Shown in pieces: positions 9,501 through 17,510 of a stretch of 56,497 nucleotides of DNA. Source of the DNA: a virus (Duplodnaviria > Caudoviricetes); the IMG/VR virus record IMGVR_UViG_3300044535_001837, positions 1 through 56,497 of that record; one strand, given 5' to 3'. A model generated the notes under the pieces. The model saw only the letters and a program-made list of their open reading frames with translations. It was not told the DNA's origin and did not search any database. Each line of letters starts with the position of its first letter. Within the stretch, counting starts at the first letter, position 1. The position numbers were made by a program, and so were the translations under genes.

Positions 9501-10680
9501 TGATTCAGACATGGCCGGAGAGTTATTGTCAAGCAAGGATGCTAAGACACAGATCTTTGTGAAAATGTTGATGCCTTTCGCTTCATTTAGAATGAATCAA
9601 TCTGCAAGACTTGGATCTGATATGTCTGTTCTATTGAATTGGAAAGAATCTGATTCTCAGGATTTGAAGATTGCTGCTAGATCAGTTGCAGGATTTGCTG
9701 CTGAAATGGCTACGTTTAGAATATTATCTGCAGGTATTTCAATACTACTTTATGATGCTGTTAGAGCTATAGTTGGAGGGGATGAAGATGAGGAGAAAAG
9801 ACAGAAGAAGATTGATGCTATCATAAAAGGACAGTTGACTAGTACAGTATCTGATGTGTTATCTCCTTCACCATTGGTAGATCCATTAGTACAAGGAGGA
9901 ACAGCATTTACTTTAGATAATCTACAGAATGCACTTGATATAGAAGATGAAGATCGTGTTTCAATATATGGATCAAATCCAAAAGATCTTTTGCAATCCT
10001 ATGGTACTCTTGGTATGGGTGCTGATAGAGCACTACAACTAGTAGAGATGGGTCAGCTTATTGCAGGTCAGGGATTCAAAGATAATTTCAATAGAACTAA
10101 ATATGTATCTGAAAGATATAGAGATGCACTAGAACTTCTATTTGTTCCTGCAATTATGTCAAACATTGGACTAGCACCTGCTGAAGTAAACAGCATAGTT
10201 AGATCAACGATCTCTGAAGCAAAGAGAAACTCATCTACAGTTGAGGGCGGCAAGACAAAACAAGATGAAGCTATTGAGAAGTTTGATGAGATCAATAAAG
10301 AAGCTGATAAATCAAAACAAGAGCAAGAGGATAGAAAAGAATTGAAAGCTCTTGAAGAATTGAAAGCAAGTGAATATGATTCAGATGTTATAAATGCAGT
10401 CAATGATAGGATCAGAGCTATACGAAATCCTGATGATAAAGACTTAGAGGAGAAGAAGAAGAAGAAGAAGGAAGAGAAAGAAAAACTTCTAGGTGAGTAT
10501 GATAATATGACAGAGATGGAAAGATATGATCCTGAATTATTTGAGGAAAGATTTGGTGAGAACTCTGAGTATTACATGAAAAATAGAGGGGAAGTAGAAG
10601 CAGAAAAGAAACTTAACAAACTTCTTAAGCAGATGGAAGATGAAGAAAGAGGATACTCTAGTAGGAAAAAGAGAAGGTAA
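3511..10680 (+). CDS. Giant ejection/polyvalent protein with GNAT and ART-like inserts
   Basis: 2389 aa with Gly/Ala-rich hydrophobic helices, coiled coils, a GNAT motif A (IFVQEESKRKGVATSI) and ART-like motifs (VYHRT...GVFFST...AEGYG). Confidence 0.7.
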   Translation: MDEKYILDLYNTVVKNDPSFKVDVSLDLFRQKMSDQNYAKKIYGWVSGVDQEFKNNNPEDQFMKLLSGEMAGTPIDREIKKKDNTASSLEDGLLAYRRFNPTTGKIEGEGPETESVQVVEQEGPAQQPRDLNTGEYILNSMNAVSRGFYKNLIGNPIKGLGTLLEKGNPSRLFGDSGKSPISDSLIEFGTWFNNAIDEVAEQDEEFKGTLVDQGSQAMGQVLSTVLTAGLGGMASKTLGGASAIPTLQTAATTGAAAEVAKDVATGIVSLPGISSALTVGQSEFERAKEAGATDDQAFEAFYKNAGTGSVLERVPVMQFLKRFNKATQGGVVDYLVAKGKAGVTGGLEEFSTEILQQIYANKTAQEIYNVNQDLFEGVAESGGVGFGVGFLLNALGANARILRKNGKVAEANTIEQQISEFEKRAEKGGKSTYKVNGFSITDPKIINDMIDKLSGVDLSNSNIEIINDPELNTKLQNKIVDDSLKDQIRKANPDLNNASVNAIAGLQKELNNLEGNTTQVAKDRAAEIRTKIKDIQANQLTEEPTTYRVDGKDVSVDYIDELIKTKSKEELLAMNIEINNDQTGLAERLQAAGGTKAAAPTAETPTSLTEELAQSIAEKRKARITELEDLLDSDFAITQETGKGNLSFDERREIKQELQKLNAEQDAIQEQAAGQVPVQSGTGVSQEVAEGTPQAEPQGVTQEGLQEEIDKINQEREKELKSFSGPLTQPYFIFETDGPTVEEYINKKYDDKINELTSKSSTQEVKPRILTESLGSGVVKYSSVDENGNEIGSATVSVVDDKVIVDDIFVQEESKRKGVATSIFDKITEDYKGKSFDYVDANNREFSKPYQLEFGTVVSDEGSAFVESVKEKTEKFNADQKGARDATEFSFDNLSRQPLKVLEDKLEEINNSFPADPDVDKAQTDALAEQRKAVKDEIEKAKAQINTAIESAKSNLGNRLQGDDLDNAIDLIDELSDNKAEIDEDGMVTVYHRTTPDKKAEIEKTGNMKGLEDGVFFSTKETGQAEGYGDAIVKLKIPVEQLILDDTFGDEAHVRIPTKKAGEVVKVKDYIQAEQKGKLEEVGQGLNETDLPGYDKMMNAINDIIYRASNRADSTPETVMDGVIKYLQTRSQAYINATDVQREQIIRDVRKRFGKREKKAPTADKIVGKTKKKEVTADEMAALKDQIKLEEKAAREAKKDINTKRKMIADAINKMAEGGKVTAKKAEAMLKRLSKLNVDSPAMVNKFIDYVFNVFQDADYASKLSTAKSLRSKINKISKNKDKLANLRDLGSKFINIDPTMLNADELAEYNSIADKVLKSIQGSTLKGKGKLAEIVVESDVNKYIDDVVKKQNQQRLDDAVSEMSELIGVELTEAEYIQLMESQNVEEALDKKYDKAKIRSSIQKAFDLYSTMIKESIKTGKDLFNGDAVNYSAIQKRILNQFINMDLNYLNDKVLLESVDALMNFMNNGSIAKMDSILSKYNGEKNMVEALNDGVKSRPLQKFWSKGLGKVLVEQTANINIVFERIFGGFTKGQKMEEAMGVADLVNGKAKGQKESENIVNEYVSKFFDKKPNNKLFNEASNNIERGMGAFMSRNVNGTDAEIKTEFERRKKLISDSITELEKGNEQEVEKAKIYQEIYDKILADSNTIEDVQSKMDKTNLEAVEFWQDKWRDKYEQLYDVALSVYNKVLDKDTGYTTDRFSKLSSDKDKKSDLLNEDMAFIVNSGNSSIYKKETGVLMTATKPKKLPSNEKGKTNRYVDLSFDSNNANSMYDALVDINTAAAIRQIDAAMESDAFSKIMDNQRDKTLIQNRIRLYVANIRNKNPFSNDELSRFGKRLNRVAAISVGQSLGGVTQPIKQTIPIAINTLINAGSLDVKSIFDKSKQSFINRSGRAIANRGIESQAQVSTLNKMVDDIAKSKGEKMFKAIEKVNDWWLRNLLVKFDVGIARASWMTYYEQSLKKQGINPSTIDWNTHEVNEKAANYAQRQVDRQQNVSDSDMAGELLSSKDAKTQIFVKMLMPFASFRMNQSARLGSDMSVLLNWKESDSQDLKIAARSVAGFAAEMATFRILSAGISILLYDAVRAIVGGDEDEEKRQKKIDAIIKGQLTSTVSDVLSPSPLVDPLVQGGTAFTLDNLQNALDIEDEDRVSIYGSNPKDLLQSYGTLGMGADRALQLVEMGQLIAGQGFKDNFNRTKYVSERYRDALELLFVPAIMSNIGLAPAEVNSIVRSTISEAKRNSSTVEGGKTKQDEAIEKFDEINKEADKSKQEQEDRKELKALEELKASEYDSDVINAVNDRIRAIRNPDDKDLEEKKKKKKEEKEKLLGEYDNMTEMERYDPELFEERFGENSEYYMKNRGEVEAEKKLNKLLKQMEDEERGYSSRKKRR
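5507..5638 (+). CDS. Nested +1-frame small basic protein (MPFKS...-type, 43 aa)
   Basis: ATG-to-TAG frame reads MPFKSKQQVKYLYSQEPELAKKWRKEHPKQNLKALPKKVSKKK with an A-rich leader. From memory it resembles a small stand-alone protein seen in aquatic phages. Confidence 0.65.
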   Translation: MPFKSKQQVKYLYSQEPELAKKWRKEHPKQNLKALPKKVSKKK

Positions 10681-10683
10681 TGG

Positions 10684-11100
10684 TTAGGTGAATCGGATAT
10701 ACTTTAAATCTTTCTGCTGATCAAAGTAAACCATCATCTCATTATCATTGGAGGCTCCCTCTCTTGGGGGCCTTCCTCCATATTTTACTTGACCAACAAG
10801 TGAGAATACTTTACCATATATTATCCCATCATCGCAAGACCATATCAGTACAGGGTTCAGTCTCTTATCAATAAGCTTTGATAGTTTGCTTAATGAAACC
10901 GGCAATGGGTATGCGGTCTTCATTGTCTTGAGTCTGCCCTTCACCTCAGCATAGGCTAATAGGTTCCCTTCTTTATCGAATACTTTATAGTCGATATCAA
11001 GTGGTCCTAGTTTTTGGAATGATCCTTGAAACACATTTACAAATGTGTTGATTGCTCTCTCTTCTCGTTTAAGATCTTGCTCTGTTTCAAAAATCTTCAT
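10684..11100 (-). CDS. PD-(D/E)XK-like nuclease
   Basis: IDY...AEVKGR catalytic-type motif. Confidence 0.55.
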   Translation of the reverse strand: MKIFETEQDLKREERAINTFVNVFQGSFQKLGPLDIDYKVFDKEGNLLAYAEVKGRLKTMKTAYPLPVSLSKLSKLIDKRLNPVLIWSCDDGIIYGKVFSLVGQVKYGGRPPREGASNDNEMMVYFDQQKDLKYIRFT

Positions 11101-11284
11101 CGTATTCTATAGTCTTTATGATATCCCTTAGATCTTTAATCAAGGATTTGATATCATTCTTTACTGATTCATATTCCCTGTCTACTAGCTTCTCATAAAT
11201 CATGGCAACGCTAGTATGAAATCCTTCTGTAGTAAAGGCTATCCGGGCTGCCCGGTCTCTTTCTTTTTGGACTCTTCCATCCAT
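11087..11284 (-). CDS. Hypothetical protein
   Basis: ORF overlapping its neighbours in the leftward operon. Confidence 0.6.
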   Translation of the reverse strand: MDGRVQKERDRAARIAFTTEGFHTSVAMIYEKLVDREYESVKNDIKSLIKDLRDIIKTIEYDEDF

Positions 11285-11700
11285 TCTTTCTCAGTTATAA
11301 ATGTGTAAAATGGTTTCATTTTTTCTTTGAGTAATCTTATCTCCTGCTTAAGTGCTTCATTCTCTTGCACTAATCTACCAACAATATTGTACGAATTTAC
11401 AGGTTCCTCCTTAAATTTATTAGCATCTACTAAAGTCTTGCATTTATCATGTAACTCTCTGAATGCTGAATCTATTTCAATCAAATCATAAAACCTATTG
11501 ATGTAATAGTCAGCAGCATATCTGCTCTTCTTCATGTTATATGCAATGCTTTCTCTGTGCATACCTGTATCATTAAGTAACTTAGCGAATATCATTCTTG
11601 CTTCTACCTCTCCTCTGTATCTTGTGGTAGATAGGATCCGCTCTCCTGTTACAAGTTCAACAATGTTTCTTAGATCATCAATCTTCTTCTGATCTTCCAT
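11239..11700 (-). CDS. DnaA C-terminal-like HTH protein with coiled coil
   Basis: TRYRGEVEARMIFAKLL resembles the DnaA domain IV signature; start placed at MEDQK. Confidence 0.5.
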   Translation of the reverse strand: MEDQKKIDDLRNIVELVTGERILSTTRYRGEVEARMIFAKLLNDTGMHRESIAYNMKKSRYAADYYINRFYDLIEIDSAFRELHDKCKTLVDANKFKEEPVNSYNIVGRLVQENEALKQEIRLLKEKMKPFYTFITEKEWMEESKKKETGQPG

Positions 11701-11932
11701 AAAAGAGTTCCGCTTTAATTCCATGTCTTTGTAGTTCTTTGATTCTATATTCCTGTAGTTTACTTGGCTTACCTGTAGATCGCTTTACCTCGTAGAACTC
11801 AACGTCAGAGTTCTTAGGTATGGCTATGAGATCCGGTATGCCATTCTTATTTGTCTTGACTAACTTGATAACGTAGTACCCCTGATCCTCTAGGTCCTTG
11901 ATAAGTTTAGTCTGTATCTGCTGCTCTGTCAT
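11678..11932 (-). CDS. VRR-NUC domain nuclease
   Basis: EQQIQ...GIPDL...FYEVK...LQ motif. Confidence 0.8.
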   Translation of the reverse strand: MTEQQIQTKLIKDLEDQGYYVIKLVKTNKNGIPDLIAIPKNSDVEFYEVKRSTGKPSKLQEYRIKELQRHGIKAELFYGRSEED

Positions 11933-12158
11933 AGGGCCTAAAGTTTTTCTTTGCTGTCTGTAATGCTTCTACTTCAGTGTCAGCAACACCTGTGTCATAT
12001 GTAAAGCCATCGCTAAACCAATATAGCCAATCACCACCTATTGATTGGAATACACCTATTGATTCTACAGGAACCTCTCTCATGTAGAATAACTTCTTTG
12101 CTTGGTCACCTATATAGATTGTCATTTCACTATGTCTTTTAGTTGATTCTCTCCCCAA
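11907..12158 (-). CDS. Hypothetical protein
   Basis: ORF in the leftward operon; start uncertain. Confidence 0.55.
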   Translation of the reverse strand: MGRESTKRHSEMTIYIGDQAKKLFYMREVPVESIGVFQSIGGDWLYWFSDGFTYDTGVADTEVEALQTAKKNFRPYDRAADTD

Positions 12159-12287
12159 TAGTAATCACATTTATTATCCTCAATAGGCGGTTTCATAAAC
12201 CAAGATTGCCAAAACTCGCTAGGCTTAGCAGTGTGTCGGTAGCATGTTTCTTTGTAGGGACAATTTGTCCCTACGCACATTGTGATA

Positions 12288-12605
12288 TCAGGCATTTCTA
12301 TATTCGTCTAGTTCTTCTTTTAATCTTTCTAAAAACGATTCTTCCCCATCATCACCACTCAACAACCAATCAATTCGTTGGGCATATATGGCTGCTAGTC
12401 TAAGATAGTGTACTCCTTTCTTGAACTCTGCAATAACCTCTTCAGGATATTCGTAATGATGAGTAGGTTTTTCACCATCAAAAAGAAAATAATCTCTTCT
12501 TTCTTCTTCTGTCAATAACCTACCGCTATTATCTATCTCTCTTTGAATATCATCCGCTATAGGATCTATTCTTCTTTGGTCGTAATTAAAGTGTCCTCCG
12601 CTCAT
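12288..12605 (-). CDS. Hypothetical phage protein (MSGGHFNY...IDWLLSGDDGEE type)
   Basis: Recurrent small phage protein motifs; coupled to the upstream stop. Confidence 0.7.
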   Translation of the reverse strand: MSGGHFNYDQRRIDPIADDIQREIDNSGRLLTEEERRDYFLFDGEKPTHHYEYPEEVIAEFKKGVHYLRLAAIYAQRIDWLLSGDDGEESFLERLKEELDEYRNA

Positions 12606-12847
12606 AGTTGTTTGTATGTTTCGTTGTAGTATTGTTCCCCTGAATTTCCATTATCGGGATATCCATCTGAATAGCCCTGTTCATATCCATCTGTAATCTG
12701 CTCCTTCTCTTCCTCAATCAACTCGTACAGTAATCTCTCAATCTGCTGAAGATGATGAGCAGTATGCTTGCCCATTAGAGTTTCATCCATCGATTCCATT
12801 CTACTTCTCACCATCGTAATGGCTTTCTGTATTACTGTCTGTTTCAT
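12602..12847 (-). CDS. MKQT-type hypothetical protein, paralog B
   Basis: MKQTV...EKEQITDGYEQG...EQYYNETY, similar to the adjacent ORF. Confidence 0.65.
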   Translation of the reverse strand: MKQTVIQKAITMVRSRMESMDETLMGKHTAHHLQQIERLLYELIEEEKEQITDGYEQGYSDGYPDNGNSGEQYYNETYKQL

Positions 12848-13037
12848 ATTTTTCTTTATAGATTTGTTCAAAGGTTACATCACTTGGGAAAGGAATAAAG
12901 AACCCATCCTGATAAAACTCCTTCATCTGCTCCTTCTCCATCTCTTTGGCTTTCTCTAAAATGCTATGCCAAATAAACTTATCCTTTGGCGAAGTCCATA
13001 GTTCCGTAAAATACCATTCTACTGCTGTCTGTTTCAT
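12801..13037 (-). CDS. MKQTAVEW-type hypothetical protein, paralog A
   Basis: MKQTAVEW...AKEMEKEQ...FEQIYKEKY. Confidence 0.65.
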   Translation of the reverse strand: MKQTAVEWYFTELWTSPKDKFIWHSILEKAKEMEKEQMKEFYQDGFFIPFPSDVTFEQIYKEKYETDSNTESHYDGEK

Positions 13038-13186
13038 AGTTTATCGATTAGATTGTTTAAGTTCTCATCTGATAGGAAGTTCTCCTTGTCAGTACTCCAA
13101 TAGTCTAGGTACCTATCCCTGTGTACAGCGTACCACTTCTGTGTGTATTCATTCCAATGAAATACGTAGTTCCAAATCTTTTCCAT
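13034..13186 (-). CDS. Small Trp/Tyr-rich hypothetical protein (50 aa, not in the ORF track)
   Basis: MEKIWNYVFHWNEYTQKWYAVHRDRYLDYW...; its stop overlaps the next ATG (ATGA). Confidence 0.55.
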   Translation of the reverse strand: MEKIWNYVFHWNEYTQKWYAVHRDRYLDYWSTDKENFLSDENLNNLIDKL

Positions 13187-13204
13187 ATCATTTATTTTAA
13201 TGTG

Positions 13205-13350
13205 TAGTCAGGACAGGATTCGAACCTGCATGGTAGGCTTATCTAGAAAGCCGTTTGAAGTACCTATTACAAAGGTATTACGGAGCTTTACACCGACTTT
13301 AACGGACACCAACCTTTGCTTTTAGCGTTTACCAATTCCGCCACCTGACT
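13205..13350 (-). ncRNA. tRNA-like RNA with a ~95-nt multi-hairpin insert
   Basis: Acceptor stem AGTCAGG/CCTGACT plus discriminator A, D-arm TGGCGGAATTGGTAAACGC, T-arm GCAGG-TTCGAAT-CCTGT; no anticodon arm at the normal position. Confidence 0.75.
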
Positions 13351-13395
13351 AAGTTTGCTACTGTTGGTAGGCACTAGCGACCGAAACATATAACC

Positions 13396-13563
13396 CTATC
13401 TATCTATTTTAATTGTATATTTTTTCCCATATAGTTTTCTTGCATGCTCATTAGCTTCTGAATAAGTTCCTACAAACTCAGAACTATGGTCCCAATCATC
13501 TATATCTTTATTCCACTTGATATAATGATCACCATAAATAAGATATCTACTTCTAGTCTTCAT
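13396..13563 (-). CDS. Small hypothetical protein (55 aa, not in the ORF track)
   Basis: MKTRSRYLIYGDHYIKWNKD...; ATG overlaps the helicase stop. Confidence 0.55.
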   Translation of the reverse strand: MKTRSRYLIYGDHYIKWNKDIDDWDHSSEFVGTYSEANEHARKLYGKKYTIKIDR

Positions 13564-14933
13564 ATCAGATTTTTTTTAAAATGATTAACTGTGTAGTCCT
13601 TCTTCTTTATCACTGTCTTGTATACGTCATGCTCAATTCCTCCCTTACTGAAGACCCAATACACATGATTGAATGATCGCTCTTTAGTTGTCATCCGATC
13701 CCTGCTCTGCCAATAACTAGTAGCACTGAAGTCAATGTTGTAATATACCAAGTACTTGGCTTGCTTAAGACTGATCCCCTCCCTGCCACTAACTATCTGC
13801 AATGCAATGTTCTTATCCGTACTATCAAATATACTAAGCTCAGTAGTAAGCTGATCACCAAACACATCCTTCAGGGCAGACAGCTCTTCCTTAAATTTAT
13901 AGAAGATCCCTATCTTACTTCCTTGAAATTTTTGTTTAATGAACTCAGCCTTGGTTGTGTCAAGCACCATGCTGTTACCACTCTCAAACTTAATAGTCCC
14001 ACTGCATAGTTGATGTACCTTCATCATCAACTTCACCGGTGTATCTGCAAGGATCACTTCATTCTTACCTTCAATTACTAAGTCCTTCTCAAGTTTCTTG
14101 ATTAACTTCATCGTAGATTCCTTCATCTCCACCTCTAGGATCTCCTCAGTAACTGATGATACGAACCCTGCTTCCTTCTGTGAGAAACTAATCATGTATG
14201 GTTTCATCTCATCAAGGATGCTATCCAACCCATTGCTATAGTCATTGATGAATAGACCATTGATGTTCTTCTGCTTCACCTTGACATGTGTATCAGCAAA
14301 CTTGTAGAAGTTAACGAACCGATTGAATGGGTTACTAGGTATGCCATACACCTGATGGTACATCTGCGAATAACTCTCCGGTGTTGGTGTACCTGACATG
14401 AGTATCACCTTTGGTCTATACTTAGAGATAGCGTGTCGGATCATTACAGCCCGATTGCTAGGCTTTGGGAACGCACCTATACTATGAGCCTCATCAATGA
14501 CTATTAGGTCAAATTTGAAGCTGTCTACCACGTTGTGGAGACTCTCATAATTTACAACCTTTATCTGATAACTAGGCTTGAGTAGATCGTAATCATTCTG
14601 TATACTGCTGATGGCTTTCTTCTTGGTTACAAACAGCACAGACTTAGCACCAACATTATCTGCGATCCCTAGGCTAGTCAGGGTCTTCCCTGTACGTACC
14701 TCCATCGCTAGGTACACGAAGCCATACATGTTTATGGCCTGTGCACCCTCAGATATAATCTCCTTTTGATATGGTCTAAACTGCATGCTGTATGTTCCGT
14801 AATGGGAAAGACTATTCTTTATTTTGTTTACTATTTCTGAATCAATATGCTTACTACTTGATACTACATCGTAAAGTATTCCGCAGTACCTAAGCATTTG
14901 CTCATCAGAGTATCCGGGTATTCTCTCAATCAT
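13560..14933 (-). CDS. SF2 (SNF2-like) DNA helicase
   Basis: Q motif FRPYQ, Walker A EVRTGKT, DEAH, SGTP and QSRDR motif VI. Confidence 0.85.
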   Translation of the reverse strand: MIERIPGYSDEQMLRYCGILYDVVSSSKHIDSEIVNKIKNSLSHYGTYSMQFRPYQKEIISEGAQAINMYGFVYLAMEVRTGKTLTSLGIADNVGAKSVLFVTKKKAISSIQNDYDLLKPSYQIKVVNYESLHNVVDSFKFDLIVIDEAHSIGAFPKPSNRAVMIRHAISKYRPKVILMSGTPTPESYSQMYHQVYGIPSNPFNRFVNFYKFADTHVKVKQKNINGLFINDYSNGLDSILDEMKPYMISFSQKEAGFVSSVTEEILEVEMKESTMKLIKKLEKDLVIEGKNEVILADTPVKLMMKVHQLCSGTIKFESGNSMVLDTTKAEFIKQKFQGSKIGIFYKFKEELSALKDVFGDQLTTELSIFDSTDKNIALQIVSGREGISLKQAKYLVYYNIDFSATSYWQSRDRMTTKERSFNHVYWVFSKGGIEHDVYKTVIKKKDYTVNHFKKNLI

Positions 14934-17316
14934 TCGAATGAATTATGATCCATCTACCCAACATATCTCTACCTTCCTCCGGTGCAACACCATACTTGAA
15001 CATGCCATAAGATATCAACCACTTGTAGAACTTAGTCCTACTGATAGTCATCTTAGACTTTGGTCCGTAGTCAGGGTACTCATTGACGAAGTCATTGTAT
15101 AGATCGTTCTTGTACAGCCTTGTCTCCGGCTCAAGCGTATTGTTCTTAGGTTGTCCTTCCACTAGACCGCACCACTCAATGAAGTCATGAGATGTCTCTG
15201 CAGATAGTTGTCTGATCTTAAGGTTGACAAACTTACTTCTCACTAGTCCGGTATGCAGGTAGTTAGATAGGCATGTGATCATGTAGTTATCGAACTCACA
15301 CCAATCGTCATCATTCCAATCACCAAACATCAACTTACCAAACTCATCCAATGGAGTGAATGACTTGGAATAATATTGGTGTAACTCCAACTCCCACTTA
15401 CGTCTTGCGAATGAGTTGCCTGATCCCTTGATTGCGTAGTTAGTTGTGATGGCAATCTTTGGAGACTTGCTGAATGGGATCTTGATCGCATCCTTATTCT
15501 TCTTCTCTAGAGTTAACCCTTCAGTTACCACGCTAAACAAACGCTCGAAGTCGAAGTACTTCTTCACGTCATCGAATACTAGGATCTGAGTGTCCGCAGA
15601 TACTAGTTGATAAGCGAAGCTCCTCTCGAATGTGAATGACTTACCATCGATAGTTACCACCTTCTTCATTTTGCCTAGGGCATTCATGAACAGACCCTTT
15701 CCGGTACCACCCTCAGGGTTATCGCTTATCACCTCGTCATTAAGGATCACTGCCGGACAGAAGCTCAGGTTCTTGTACCCATGTAGAAGGAATCCCATTG
15801 TACTCTCCATAGATTCAACTCTGCTATCATCATTACCGCAGATGTTTCTGATAAACTTCCGATAACTGCATCGATCCGTTACGCTACACATGATGAAGTT
15901 ACGATCGATCACATGGTCCTTCCAAACATATCCACCTAAGTCTAGGTAGTCAATAGGTTTGATCTCAGTCTTGGTTATATGTACTGCACAGTTCTTATAG
16001 TACAGATATGCTGAGTCCTTGGTATCCTCAATGAAGTAGATGTCTATGGTTGATAGCATAGACAGGAACTCCTCCTTGAAGAATCTAGTGTTGTCTGCGA
16101 AGTAGTTGTATACTCCGATGTCATCCAACTCAAGCAGGTGATTTAGTACAAAGTCCTTGATCTCCTTCTCAGATGTATGGTCGATCAGGTTGTTTGTTAC
16201 CTTGACGAACACGTAGTTCTTTCCACCCTCAGGGCAGTACTTATAGAACCCACTATCCTCAAGGAACTGCTTAAACTGAATGTGGATTATTTTTATAACT
16301 CCCTTATCACTCTTGTTCCAAAATGTTTTCTTCGCATTCTCCTCCTCCACTTTCGAAAGAACTGCTTCGATGGTATCGGAATCCAAGTGGGAGTCTTGTA
16401 GTTGGATCCGGATCTCTTTTTTTGATACGCCTCTTCTTAGTTTTGCTTTGATCTGATTGACCCTTTCCTCATCCTCGTAGTACTTGGTACCGAAGTTAGA
16501 AGTATTCTGATAGGCAGAGTCAATGGTCCTTTGGATCTCCCTGATCGAGAAGTCTTCATTGGCATATTGATTCAATACATATCCGGCTAGACTCTTGTTG
16601 ATGCCGAAGTCATTGAACGCCATCGCTAGGATGTACACGTTATGATTACGCTGACCTTCAACCATAGGATACTTCTTGGTCCACCATTTAACAAGGATCT
16701 CTACGATCTTATTCTCGTCAGTAATCGGGATGGTAGGTTGGTCCTTGAACTTGCTTACCTCTGTGTACTCAGGCTCTTCAAGGATATCCCATACAGATGA
16801 GTTCTCATTCACATGAATCAATGGATCATAAGACTCGTAGCATACACGTGATACGTTCTTGCTAGTCTTATCAAAGTATGGACTATTGAAGTGCTTCTCT
16901 AGGCTGTTGAAATAGTTGATGTGGTTGTCTACATCTGCAGGTATTTTAACCAATACCTTTAGCCCATTCCCTGAAGGGGATATGAATACAGAGTAGACAT
17001 ACTTATTCTTAGATAGGTTCTCCTTGTCCTGAAGCAACTCCTTCTGCTTCTGATATCCATCGAAGTCTAGGCACATCAAACCGCTGTGATCTAGGAGTGA
17101 TGCATCGGATCTCTTTGTGAATGTGCCACTAAAACAAATGGCAGGAAGTAATTTCTTTAATTCATTTCGCTCAGGCTTACGCTTCTCAGCTCTGATCTTT
17201 TTGACCAAGTCCTTTGAAGCACCGGATCTAATTCTGTCAAGGATCACCCCTACATTCCTGTGGAATGGAGTGCTAGTCTCTTTAATGTTTTGAAATATTG
17301 TAATCTGATATGTCAT
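14926..17316 (-). CDS. Primase-helicase (BT4734/VirE-N-like + PriCT + P-loop NTPase)
   Basis: K..LP...FSGTF, HSGLMCLDFD, FISPSGNGLK, DxTSKNVSRVCY, GQRN, Walker A GGTGKG and Walker B LVFDD. Confidence 0.85.
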   Translation of the reverse strand: MTYQITIFQNIKETSTPFHRNVGVILDRIRSGASKDLVKKIRAEKRKPERNELKKLLPAICFSGTFTKRSDASLLDHSGLMCLDFDGYQKQKELLQDKENLSKNKYVYSVFISPSGNGLKVLVKIPADVDNHINYFNSLEKHFNSPYFDKTSKNVSRVCYESYDPLIHVNENSSVWDILEEPEYTEVSKFKDQPTIPITDENKIVEILVKWWTKKYPMVEGQRNHNVYILAMAFNDFGINKSLAGYVLNQYANEDFSIREIQRTIDSAYQNTSNFGTKYYEDEERVNQIKAKLRRGVSKKEIRIQLQDSHLDSDTIEAVLSKVEEENAKKTFWNKSDKGVIKIIHIQFKQFLEDSGFYKYCPEGGKNYVFVKVTNNLIDHTSEKEIKDFVLNHLLELDDIGVYNYFADNTRFFKEEFLSMLSTIDIYFIEDTKDSAYLYYKNCAVHITKTEIKPIDYLDLGGYVWKDHVIDRNFIMCSVTDRCSYRKFIRNICGNDDSRVESMESTMGFLLHGYKNLSFCPAVILNDEVISDNPEGGTGKGLFMNALGKMKKVVTIDGKSFTFERSFAYQLVSADTQILVFDDVKKYFDFERLFSVVTEGLTLEKKNKDAIKIPFSKSPKIAITTNYAIKGSGNSFARRKWELELHQYYSKSFTPLDEFGKLMFGDWNDDDWCEFDNYMITCLSNYLHTGLVRSKFVNLKIRQLSAETSHDFIEWCGLVEGQPKNNTLEPETRLYKNDLYNDFVNEYPDYGPKSKMTISRTKFYKWLISYGMFKYGVAPEEGRDMLGRWIIIHSND

Positions 17317-17470
17317 AAATGCTAATTTGATTCCGTATTTGTGTCGAGTAAGTTGCTGATAATCAGATCGATGTCGATTATGTCAATTTAAAAACTAAAA
17401 TGAAATAGAAAATAAATAATAATATATATAAGTATATATATAGTATAAGGGAAAACTAAAACGTCATAGT
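17310..17470. repeat. Origin-like element, copy 1 (TGTC boxes + TA-rich tract)
   Basis: Several (A/G)TGTC(G/A) boxes followed by AAATAAATAAT-(TA)n-GGGAA; colinear with 26075-26231. Confidence 0.55.
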
Positions 17471-17476
17471 CTAGTG

Positions 17477-17510
17477 GAAAAAAGAGGGGGAATTTAACCC
17501 CCTCATATTT
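17477..17510 (-). terminator. Intrinsic terminator after the SSB-like gene
   Basis: GAGGGGG/CCCCCTC stem with a U-tract on the minus strand. Confidence 0.65.

Noticed and set aside
3690-10403. Many antisense ORFs under the giant gene, and similar ones under groEL, terL, portal and capsid
   Set aside because: Shadow frames produced by sense-strand codon bias, with no leaders or recognisable motifs.
10449-10480. (GAA)n microsatellite
   Set aside because: It simply encodes EEKKKKKKEEK in a charged tail; triplet slippage would keep the frame.
13205-13350. Calling the element a normal tRNA, tmRNA, group I intron-containing tRNA or attP site
   Set aside because: No anticodon arm at the canonical position, no G3:U70 pair or tag ORF, the insert is too short for a group I intron, and I found no integrase.
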